Source: an uncultured Chthonomonadaceae bacterium (GTDB taxonomy: Bacteria; Armatimonadota; Chthonomonadetes; Chthonomonadales; Chthonomonadaceae). Taken from it: DNA of 64,000 nucleotides. Positions 32,530-41,993 of this stretch are shown piece after piece. How positions within the stretch are numbered: position 1 is the first letter of the stretch; each line of letters begins with the position of its first letter. The notes beneath the pieces were generated by a model. That model was not told the DNA's origin and did not search any database. It saw nothing but the letters and a program-made list of their open reading frames with translations. The position numbers and the translations under genes are program-made. The stretch covers positions 96,001 through 160,000 of the forward strand of contig CAWIEK010000053.1 of NCBI GenBank assembly GCA_963835065.1, in the 5' to 3' direction.

Positions 32530-32554
32530 GCAGGCGGAAGATACAAGAGAACAA

Positions 32555-32637
32555 TGCTGAGTGCTGAGTGCTGAGTGATGAATGATGAATATGATGCAGA
32601 ATCTAATTCATCATTCATCACTCAGCACTCAGCACTC
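32555..32637. repeat. inverted heptamer-repeat hairpin between sigma and anti-sigma
   Basis: (TGCTGAG)3(TGATGAA)2 ... (TTCATCA)2(CTCAGCA)2. Confidence 0.85.
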
Positions 32638-32685
32638 CCCTTAACACCCGACCCCCTACCCTTAGCCGGAGAGGAAACGCCTGAG

Positions 32686-34468
32686 ATGAAATGCCATACG
32701 CTCCATGATCGAAATTTTGCCGCGCGCTGGTGGCATCGGCGGTGGTGCCGGGAGTGCCGAACCGCGCAGTCGGTGGATACCTTTATCCGATTCGGACTGA
32801 TGCAAATGAAGGCGCAGCCGTTGGAATCGCCCGGCTTGGACGGCCTGTTGTCCGCCTTGCCTTTGCGAGTTGGGGGCCGTAATGTGCGCCGCGCGTCCGC
32901 GCGCATGGCGGGCGTTTGGCTGCGGCGCAAGGCGCGTAGCGTGGGTATCGCGCTGGTATTGGGCGGTGTCTGGTGGCAGTACATGAACTATGTTCCGCCC
33001 ATTTCTATTCCCGCCAAAATCGCGCCCGACCATAACGCTTTCGATATCTTCAAGGTGGCGGGCGGCATGATTGTGGCAGACAAAAGTTTGGCCGATGAAC
33101 TCAGCGAAGCGCAGCAGGCGGAAAACGATCCGCCCACGCGGGAACGCCGCGACGCGCGCTTGAAGCAGGCCGGCAAAGCCTTGCCAACCCTGGCGGAACT
33201 GCGAGCAGGCGGTAAAGCCGAACGGCCTGACGGTCACGGCAAACGGGGCAAAACCTCTCACCAGTGCGACGCTTGACAGCCTGCCATACGACAGCAAGAA
33301 CATCAAAATGCAGTACACGCGGGCAGAAAAGCAGGCGCTGTTGAACAGTGGCCGGGACGCGCTGGCGAAACTGCGCGAAGGCTTGAAGTACCCCTATATG
33401 GACGTATACCCGCGCCGTTGGGACGTGATGTTTTCGTATTATGGAGAGTTTCGGACTTTGGCGCGGCTGCTGCGCCTGGAAGCCGAACTGAAAGCGGCAA
33501 AGGGCGACTGGCGCGGCGCAATGCAAAGCAGCCTGGACGCAATTCAAGTAGGCATGGATATGGGGCACGGCAGTACGCTGATCGGGCGCTTGACGGGCAT
33601 TGCCTGCGAAGCCATCGGACAGCAGGAAGCATGGAAAATTGTGGAGCATCTGGACGCGAAGCAGGCGAAAGAAGCGATTGCCCGCCTGCAAGCCATTCGC
33701 GCCTATCATGCGCCGTTTGCGGAAACCATGCAGGAAGAGGGATGGTTTATGCAGGAGGCGCTGGCCTACGCGATGCGCAGCCCGGGCTGGCGTCCAAGTT
33801 TCGTCAATCTGACCGGCAATGACTCAAAAGAGTTTGCGATAGCCATGATGGGCTGGTCGAACCGCGTGATCTTGAAGGACATAACGCAGGTAATAGAGGA
33901 GAACGTTCGGAGGGCGCGGCTGCGGTATGCGCAAAGCAGCAAACTGCCGGAGATTAAGCTGCCGTTGGATCCCATCGTGCAGATGCTATCTCCCGTCTTT
34001 GCGCAGGCGCAGTACAAGGACGTGTACGCCAGCGAAACGCAATCCGCGCTGCTGGTCACGGCTCTGGCCCTGCGCGCGTATCGGCAGGAACACGGTAGCA
34101 AACTGCCGGAACGTCTGGAGCAGTTGACGCCCCGGTATCTGGCGCAGGTTCCCGCCGACCCATTTGCAAGCGACAATGGGACACTGTGTTACCATACTAC
34201 ACCTATCCTGCTAAAAGCGCAGCAGCCGATAATAACCATGCTGCCAGGTGTCAACACGGATTTACCGACGTTGACCCCGTACACACTGTACAGCGTCGGA
34301 CCGGACGGCAGGGACGACGGCGGCAGCCCGGTGGACTTGCTGTGGAAGCGAGGCTCCAATTACGACCCGCATATCATTAGTTGGGAAAGCGGCAACAACG
34401 AGAAAAACCGCTTCAACGTCCAGCCCGACAGTCAGGGCGATATCGTGGCGGGCGTGAACACCAAGTAG
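32686..34468 (+). CDS. probable anti-sigma factor (HxxxCxxC, TM) with large extracytoplasmic domain; frameshift near 33220
   Basis: HRRWCREC, TM segment; C-terminal LRAY...LP..LEQL.P.YL..VP.DPF and LYSVGPDGRDDGG (GspG-like motif). Confidence 0.7.
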
Positions 34469-34502
34469 GAAATAGCGCCCCTGTTTGCGCAAAACGGGGT
34501 CT

Positions 34503-34694
34503 ACCCTCATCCGGCCTTCGGCCACCTTCTCCCTGCAAGGGAGAAGGCTAATGTGGAAGTCAGGTGCGGGAATCAGGAGTTTGTTTCCGGCGTAAGGCTA
34601 CGTTTCAGGCTTCTCCATCCCCTGTTCAACCACCCATTGCATAGTTTAGCCTTCTCCCTTGCAGGGAGAAGGTGGCCGAAGGCCGGATGAGGGT
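34503..34694. repeat. perfect 49-bp inverted pair of REP-like elements
   Basis: ACCCTCATCCGGCCTTCGGCCACCTTCTCCCTGCAAGGGAGAAGGCTAA at 34503-34551 and its exact reverse complement at 34646-34694. Confidence 0.9.
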
Positions 34695-35016
34695 TGAAAC
34701 TACCGTTATTATGAATTCCTCTGTTACAAAATCGCTTCCCCACTGTCTCACCAAACACCAAAACTTTTAGAAAAGCGTTTCCTGTCGTCAAGTTTTTCGG
34801 CAGGTTGGCGTTGCATGCTGTATAATGATTTAAGGCTAAACTGCCGGATACATCGGCATTGAAGGCTTCAGTACGCGGCGGTGAAGGCGCGTAATCTGCC
34901 TGCGCCTCCAAAATTATTTTCAAAAAAGTTGCTTTCAGCCACTTTTCGACCTTCTAAAAAAAGCATACAAGCGTAAATAGTGAGTATAGGGCGACAACAC
35001 ACTGAGGGATAACGGC

Positions 35017-37573
35017 TTGCGACCTTTCAAAACAACAACCCACACGACTTTCGGCGTTCGACGCGCCTTGAGCAACGCTGTTTCGAGCCTGCGCGGGCGG
35101 GCATTGCTGGCCTGCATTTTGCCGGCAAGCGCGCTGCTCGTTGCCGCCGCCAGTCCGAGCCTGAGCGCGCATTCCAAAGGGGGAAGCGGCGCGTCCGGCA
35201 AGAACGTCGTCGGCAAAACGCCGGGCGGCGCGACAACCCCAAGCGCGCAGGCCGGGTTCGCGCATGATGTCTTGCCGATGCTGCAAAAATACTGCGTCAG
35301 TTGCCACACGGGCAAAGCGGCGCAGGCGGGCATTGATCTCGCGCACTACAAAACGGTAGACGGCGTACTCAAAGACCGCGACAACTGGGATCGGGTTGCG
35401 CAGGCCGTTTCGTCCGCGCACATGCCGCCGACAGGACTGCCCGCCCCGACCAAAGCGCAGCGCGATACGCTCGTCAACTGGGTACAGGCCACAACGTCCG
35501 CCGCCGATTGTAAATTGAACGATCCCGGCCACGTAACGCTTCGCCGCCTGAACCGCGCCGAGTACAACAACACCATTCGTGACCTGTGCGGCGTGGACAT
35601 TCATCCCGCCGATGCGTTTCCCAACGATGATGTCGGGTACGGTTTTGACAACATCGGCGACGTGCTTTCCATTTCGCCCCTGCTGATGGAAAAATACGTC
35701 AGCGCGGCGGAACAGGTGGCCCATGCCGCGTTCGAGAACCCGGACAAGTTTATCAAGCCGGAAAGTTTCACGTCCACGCGCCTGAACTATATCAGCCAGA
35801 GCAGCAACTTGGGCGACCATGCCAGCCTGTACACGACCAATTCCGAGGCGGGTGTAGATTACACGTTCCCGACAAACGGCGATTACATGCTGCGCTCCAT
35901 CGCCTGGCAGGACAAAGCCGGCCCCGATGCCGCCAAAATGGAACTGCGGCTGGATGGCAAGCCGCTGAAAGCGTTTGATGTGACCGCCGGAGCGCGTGAC
36001 CCGAAACCTTATGAAATGCGCGTCACGGTTCCCGCCGGGCAGCACCGTTACAGCGTGGTTTTTTTGAACGATTTCTACGATTCGTCCGAACCCAACAACC
36101 GCCGCAAAGGGAACCGGGACCGCAACCTCAACGTCAAGGCGCTGGAGATTGTCGGTCCCCTGCACAGCGACGATTCGGAATCCTTTTTGGCGAAGCAGTT
36201 GGGGCAGTTCGATCCCAACGACGCCACTCGTGACAGCGTGGCCCGCAAGTTCCTGACGGACTTCACCCGCCGCGCGTACCGCCGCCCGGTCACGAAAGAG
36301 GAAGTGGACGCCCTCCTGCGCTACGTAGACCTGGCGCACAAGCAGGGCGAGCCGTTCCGCAAGGGCATCGAGTACGCTATGACAGCCGCGATGTGTTCGC
36401 CCAACTTCCTGTTCCGCGTGGAAACCACGTCGCCCGCGCCCAAAGCCACAACGAAAAGCGCGACGCGAACGGTTAAGAACACGGGTAAATCGCATATCAA
36501 GACCGCCGCGCTGACGACGGCTGCGGACGGCGCGAGCGGCAAGTACCTGCTCGGCGATTACGCTCTGGCTTCGCGCCTGTCCTACTTTTTGTGGTCGTCC
36601 ATGCCGGACGATGAACTGTATGCCCTTGCCGCCAAAGGCAAATTGCAGGACAACACGATCCTGGCCGCGCAGGTGAAGCGGATGCTCAAAGACCCGCGCG
36701 CCCATGCCCTGTCCGACAACTTCGCGGGGCAATGGCTGCAATTGCGCAACCTGGCCGGTCTTTCGCCCGACACGGCCCGCTTCCCGGACTTCAACGACGG
36801 CCTGCGCCGCGCCATGAAAATGGAAACGGAACTTTTCTTCCAGTCCATCGTCGGTGAAGATAGAAGCATACTGGATTTTCTGGACGCCAAGTACACGTTC
36901 CTCAACGAACAGCTTGCGAAGCACTACGGCATTGAGGGCGTACAGGGCGGCAATTTCCGCAAGGTCGCGCTGCAAGGCAACCAGCGCGGCGGCATTCTGA
37001 CGCAGGCCAGCCTGCTCACCGTGACAAGCAACCCGACGCGCACCAGCCCGGTGAAGCGCGGCAAGTGGGTGATGGAAAACCTGTTGGGAACGCCCCTGCC
37101 GCCCGCGCCGCCCAATGTGCCCGCCCTTTCGGATGACAAGAAAGGTCCGCTTGTCGGAACCCTGCGGCAGCGCATGGAACAGCACCGCGCCAATCCCGCC
37201 TGCGCAAGTCTGCCATGCCCGCATGGACCCCATCGGCTTCGGCCTGGAGAACTTCGACGCGGTTGGCGGATGGCGCACCAAGGATGGCGAAACAACCCTG
37301 GATGCCAGCGGCGTTTTGCCTGACGGCGCGAAGTTCAACGGCCCTTCGGAACTGAAGCAGATACTTCTCAGTAAAAAAGGTGAATTTGTGCGCTGCCTGG
37401 CGCAAAAATTAATGACTTATTCGCTAGGACGTGGCGTAGAACGCACCGATAAGTGTACAATAGATACAATCACGCAGACAACCGCGAAGAACGGCTACAA
37501 ATTCTCCGCGCTCGTCACCGCAATCGTACAAAGCGATCCTTTCCGCAAGCAGCGGGGGGATGGAGGACTATAA
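35017..37573 (+). CDS. planctomycete-type cytochrome c protein (DUF1587/1595/1592/1588/1585) with inserted carbohydrate-binding-like domain; frameshift near 37210
   Basis: CVSCH, LRRLNRAEYNNT, GFDNIG, LASRLSYFLWSSMPD, RTSPVKRG, CHARMDPIGFGLENFD. Confidence 0.88.
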
Positions 37574-37577
37574 CGAC

Positions 37578-38923
37578 ATGACTTTTGAACCGCTTTCACG
37601 ACGCACCTTTTTGCGCGGCGTCGGCACGGCAATGGCGCTGCCCATGCTGGAATCCATGCTGCCCCTGAGCGCCCTTGCGCAGTCGGCGGCCAAAGCAGCG
37701 CGCGTCAATCGCATGGCCTTCATCTTCGTGCCCAACGGCGTCAACATTCCCATGTGGACACCGGCTGCGGAAGGCGCGCTGGAATTGTCGCCCACGCTGG
37801 CTTCCATGTCGAGCGTGAAGAACAAACTCAACGTGTCTGACCGGACTGGCGCAGCACAATGCGTTCGCGCTTGGCGACGGCGGCGGCGACCATGCCCGCA
37901 GCGCGGCCACATGGCTGACCGGCTGCCACCCGCGCAAAACCGACGGCGCGGACATCAAGGCGGGTATCTCGGTTGACCAACTGGCGGCGATGAAAGTCGG
38001 GCGGCAGACGCCGTTCGCTTCCCTTGAATTGGGCTGTGAGCGCGGGGCGCAGTCGGGCAACTGCGATTCCGGTTATAGCTGCGCGTATTCGTCCAGCATT
38101 TCGTGGCGCGGCGACAGCACCCCGAACGCGCACGAGGTAGACCCCCGCGCCGTGTTCGAGCGGCTGTTCGGCAACAACGACCCGAACGAAACGGCGGAAA
38201 GCCGCATCCGGCGGCAGGGCTTCAAGCGCTCCATTCTGGACTTCGTGCTGGAAGACGCCAACAAATTGAAGAAGCAGCTAGGCGCGAAAGACCAGACCAA
38301 ACTGGACGAGTATTTCACGGGCGTCCGCGAAATCGAAGACCGGTTGGCCCGCGTGGAAAAAATGAATTCCGGCGCGTCCCTGAGCGCGAAAGCGCCTGCC
38401 GGCGTTCCGCCCGAATTCGGCGAGCATATCCGCCTGATGTTCGACATGATGACGCTTGCATATCCAGGCCGACCTGACCCGCGTCTGCACGTTCATGATC
38501 TGCAACGACGGCAGCAACCGCAACTACAAGGAAGTGGGCGTACCGGAAGGCCACCACGATATGTCGCATCACGGCGGCGACGCGCACAAGCAGGAGCAGG
38601 TTGCCAAAATCAACAAGTTCCACGCGGATCAGGTGGCGTACTTCCTGAACAAACTGGACAGCATCCACGAGCCGAACGGCACGCTGCTGGACAACTCGAT
38701 GGTCATGTACGGCGCGGGCATCAGCGACGGCGACCGCCACAACCACGACAACCTGCCGATTCTGCTGGCGGGCGGCGGCGCGGGCACGTTGAAGACGGGG
38801 CTGCACCAGAAGTTTGCGCCCGACACCCCGCTCAACAACCTGTTCCTGTCCCTGCTCGACCGCATGGGCGTCCACGCCGAAACCATCGGCGACAGCACCG
38901 GAAGACTGACAACCCTGCTCTAA
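37578..38923 (+). CDS. DUF1552 (HXXSHH) protein with Tat signal; frameshifts near 37836 and 38460
   Basis: SRRTFLRG, FVPNG, ISVDQ, SLELG, HHDMSHH, TLLDNS. Confidence 0.88.
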
Positions 38924-38964
38924 GCCGTGTTGGTAAATCAGCGCGTGACAGCGCAGATACATTT

Positions 38965-39010
38965 AACCTTAATGCCGGAATAAGGTAACTCTTGTTCCGG
39001 CATTGGGGTT
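38965..39010. terminator. long hairpin or terminator after the DUF1552 gene
   Basis: AACCTTAATGCCGGAATAAG / CTTGTTCCGGCATTGGGGTT. Confidence 0.6.
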
Positions 39011-39049
39011 TAACCACAAGAATCAGAGTTGCAAAGGGAGATACCGAAT

Positions 39050-39319
39050 ATGCCACGAAAACAATATAGCCGTGAGGAAATCGCGCAACGCGCCAACGAA
39101 ATTTATCAGCGCGACATACGCGATAAGGTAATGCCGCAGCACAAAGGCAAGTTTCTGGTGCTGGACATTGAATCCGGCGATTACGAAATGGATGCTGATG
39201 ATATGAGCGCGGAAGAAACGCTGCAAGCGCGGCGACCTGACGGCGTTCTCTTCGGCCTGCGCATCGGCTACACGTCTGCGTACACGCTGGCGGGGCGCAT
39301 GGTGGAAGAAGCCGCATGA
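39050..39319 (+). CDS. DUF5678-like small protein (antitoxin-like)
   Basis: EEIAQRANEIY...KGKFLVLDIESGDYE...LRIGY. Confidence 0.75.
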   Translation: MPRKQYSREEIAQRANEIYQRDIRDKVMPQHKGKFLVLDIESGDYEMDADDMSAEETLQARRPDGVLFGLRIGYTSAYTLAGRMVEEAA

Positions 39320-39410
39320 TTACCTGAGTCGTCAATGCCAATTGGAACAACAATTCCACTAAAAGTGGTCGGGCAAAGCAGTCAGTCTCAAACTATTGTG
39401 CCGGTTATAA
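39316..39410 (+). pseudogene. 5' remnant of the partner gene (clan AA aspartic protease-like)
   Basis: ATGA overlap. Reads MIT*VVNAN, then after a frameshift TIPLKVVGQSSQSQTIVPVI, and stops before any DTG motif. Confidence 0.55.
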
Positions 39411-39733
39411 CGAGTATACGTATACAGAAGCCTTGGGAAAACGCTTTGTGGATTACGAAAAGTTATTGATATATGATTATTAATACAATGAAATTTAGAG
39501 AGCAGGTAAATTTTCGATTTAATATTCAATTAAGTAATAATAAATTTGTTTTTGGTGACATGCGGCTTAAAAGATATACATAACTGGCCTGATTTCAACT
39601 TCAAGAGTAAGCATTATCTCTGCATGTGTCAGATTGATACAACAAGCCCTTGCTTGTGACAGTGGACAATCAACATACATCACAAATGCCTTTGAGAAAA
39701 TCCGGATGGTCTTAACAAATTAAAAATTACTTC

Positions 39734-39762
39734 TTGACAGGTTGCCCGTCTTGTAGTATAAT
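39734..39762 (+). promoter_or_regulatory. perfect-consensus sigma-70 promoter flanked by 13-bp direct repeats
   Basis: TTGACA-17 bp-TATAAT; CCGGATGG(T/A)CTTA at 39702-39714 and 39764-39776. Confidence 0.75.
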
Positions 39763-39865
39763 CCCGGATGGACTTACGCAAGGAGGGGCATATTATCAAT
39801 TTAATATGGCATATATGATTGGATATATATGAATTTGATAAATTTATTTAAAACAGGAGAAAGAA

Positions 39866-40213
39866 ATGAATAAAACGTATGCATATAGGGTTGGTCAACG
39901 TTTCAGGCTAAACCCTCTTTCGTATGAGCATAGTGAATGCGAAATAATGGTTATCTATTTTAGTGAGCCAGCAAGAACATACACTAATGTTCACGATCCT
40001 TCAGCTTATGTCAACAAAATTATCAGGGAGCGGTTGGAGTATACAGATGCATTTCCAGAATCGGATAATCAAGCAAGGGTTAGTGTTCGTGAAAGTGATA
40101 TAGAAACAATCGTTGTTATTTATGAAAATGCTAAATTTGAAGTGTGGGACTACAAAAAACCATATTCAATAAATTGGATATTGATTGATGATTTTAATGT
40201 TACTTATCATTAA
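39866..40213 (+). CDS. AT-rich hypothetical protein (115 aa)
   Basis: AGGAG RBS; composition differs strongly from flanking genes. Confidence 0.65.
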   Translation: MNKTYAYRVGQRFRLNPLSYEHSECEIMVIYFSEPARTYTNVHDPSAYVNKIIRERLEYTDAFPESDNQARVSVRESDIETIVVIYENAKFEVWDYKKPYSINWILIDDFNVTYH

Positions 40214-40375
40214 ATATCAGAGGAAACGCAAAATACAATTTTAAATATAATTGAGGCAGACTAACTCCTCGTAGAAAACTGTAGCAGGACTGGTGTGTAA
40301 TGAAGGAAGGCACACTTCTTGCGCCTTCCTTTTGTTCTGGCTGTTTTTAAGCACAGGAAAATACAAATAGACATC

Positions 40376-40618
40376 ATGCTTGACGCGGAATTGGAACAAA
40401 GACTTCGGTACAAAGTTGCTCGTGGGGAGTATTCTTCTGTGGAGGCGGCTTTGAATGAAGCCCTGCGCCGCCTTCTGGAACCGGAGGCGGAACTTGCCAA
40501 TCCGCTTCCGTTAGAGGAGATGCGCCACGAAATTATGATTGGCGTGGAGCAGTCAGATAGGGGTGACGTTGTGCGGTTTGATGCCGAAGCCATCAAAGCC
40601 GAAGGACGGCGGTTATAG
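40376..40618 (+). CDS. ParD-like ribbon-helix-helix antitoxin, no ParE partner
   Basis: LEQRLRYKVARGEYSSVEAALNEALRRL...IMIGVEQSDRG. Confidence 0.7.
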   Translation: MLDAELEQRLRYKVARGEYSSVEAALNEALRRLLEPEAELANPLPLEEMRHEIMIGVEQSDRGDVVRFDAEAIKAEGRRL

Positions 40619-40849
40619 CTGTCTCAACACCCGGAAATGTCTGTTGCGGAAGGTAAGACTATGGCGAACTTCCTTAGTGACTTCATCGGGTGCGTTGACA
40701 GCAGCGAGGCTTATCGTGAAGGTTCTTGGCTCTGCGATATTTGCTGAAGGGATGGGAACGCGCGTATGGAGACAACAAGCGGGACAATCGGCTTATGATG
40801 TATTAATGAAATGAAAACACCTGACGATTACTGCATGGAGGAACAAATA

Positions 40850-41245
40850 ATGCTTGTGCGCTCACCCCGCTACTCGAAAGAAGAGTTTGCCCGACGCGGC
40901 GATGAAATTTATAACCGCGATATTCGCTCACAGGTGGATACGGAGCAGAACAAAGGCAAGTTCGTCGCTATTGATATCGAAACCGGCACATGGGAAATGG
41001 ACGCCAGCGAAATTGAGGCAGGCAACCGTTTGTGCCAGCGAATTCCTGACGCGCAAACGTGGATGATACGGGTTGGCTACGGCTACATTCGCCGTTTTCG
41101 GCTTGCACAGAATACGCAACCACAGAAAAGGGTTACTTCCATTTCCGCAGAAGAGGCACAGAAGTGGATGAACGATTTTCCACAAAGAAGAGACAGGTTC
41201 GTTGCCGCTATTCGAGAAGCCAAGAATCGGGACTTACCAAAGTGA
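40850..41245 (+). CDS. DUF5678-like protein with an unrelated ~40-aa C-terminal extension
   Basis: Close paralog of the 21263 protein up to RVGY, then RVTSISAEEAQKWMNDFPQRRDRFVAAIREAKNR. Confidence 0.7.
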   Translation: MLVRSPRYSKEEFARRGDEIYNRDIRSQVDTEQNKGKFVAIDIETGTWEMDASEIEAGNRLCQRIPDAQTWMIRVGYGYIRRFRLAQNTQPQKRVTSISAEEAQKWMNDFPQRRDRFVAAIREAKNRDLPK

Positions 41246-41257
41246 GGGGGCAGAACG

Positions 41258-41467
41258 ATGAGTGACCCTGATAGTCAATCTACGCCGCAAAGCATTAAGT
41301 TAGCCGAACAGGACATTGACGATCCTCTGCCGTTAGAGGAGATGCGCCGCAGACTGATGATTGCTGAGGAACAGGTACAGCAAGGATTGGTCAGTCCGCT
41401 GGACATGGACGCCATCATTGCGGAAGGCCATAAGATACTGGCCGCTCGACACGCTGCCAAGTCGTAA
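41258..41467 (+). CDS. ParD-like C-terminal domain lacking the RHH domain
   Basis: PLPLEEMRRRLMIAEEQVQQG...DAIIAEG aligns with PLPLEEMRHEIMIGVEQSDRG...EAIKAEG of 40376. Confidence 0.6.
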   Translation: MSDPDSQSTPQSIKLAEQDIDDPLPLEEMRRRLMIAEEQVQQGLVSPLDMDAIIAEGHKILAARHAAKS

Positions 41468-41496
41468 AGAATCCGCATAGTTTTTGGAGGTGTGCT

Positions 41497-41915
41497 ATGA
41501 ACCGGGTTTCCATTCTCGCCCATTTTGACGGGGCACATATTCTTCTGGACGAACCCTATTCTTTAGAACCCAATGCGAAACTCCTTGTCACCGTGTTGCC
41601 GGAACAAGATGAAGAACGCGAAGATTGGCTGCGCCTGCCGAGCAAAGGCTTGCAGACGCTTATGGCGACGACGAGCCGGAGTATCCGCTTTCGTGTATTC
41701 GTGAAATGAACAAGGTGGATTTAGCGGCGGCGTATCAGCAGATGGCTCAGGACAAAGCGCGGGAAATGGAAGCGCGGGATTGGGTTGAGGAAACGCAGGA
41801 TCGCGCCGAAGCGGTTGAAGGTATCCGGCGCGGTTGGGAAGCATGTGAGCAGGGGCGGATGCGTCCGTTTCGGGAGTTTGCCGCCGAGCAACGCGCCAAA
41901 TTCAACCTGCCCTAA
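41497..41915 (+). CDS. chimeric antitoxin-like protein; frameshift near 41638
   Basis: GGAGGTG RBS. AHFDG..ILLDEP...LADAYGDDEPEY, then DLAAAYQQMAQD..REMEARDW, then EAVEGIRRGWEACEQGRMRP. Confidence 0.6.
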
Positions 41916-41993
41916 TAACTTAAAACGGGGCTGGTGTATAATGAAGGGAAGCGCAGGCTGTTTGCGCTTCCTTTTTGCATAAAGGAGACTTTT

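Noticed and set aside
34954..37338. Long antisense ORFs (794 aa here; also 27259-29253 and 22947-24140)
   Set aside because: These are shadow ORFs opposite well-supported genes, as expected with GC-rich codon usage.
39050..41915. Integron cassette array
   Set aside because: There is no integrase in the window and I see no recurring attC (RYYYAAC...GTTRRRY) sites between the genes.
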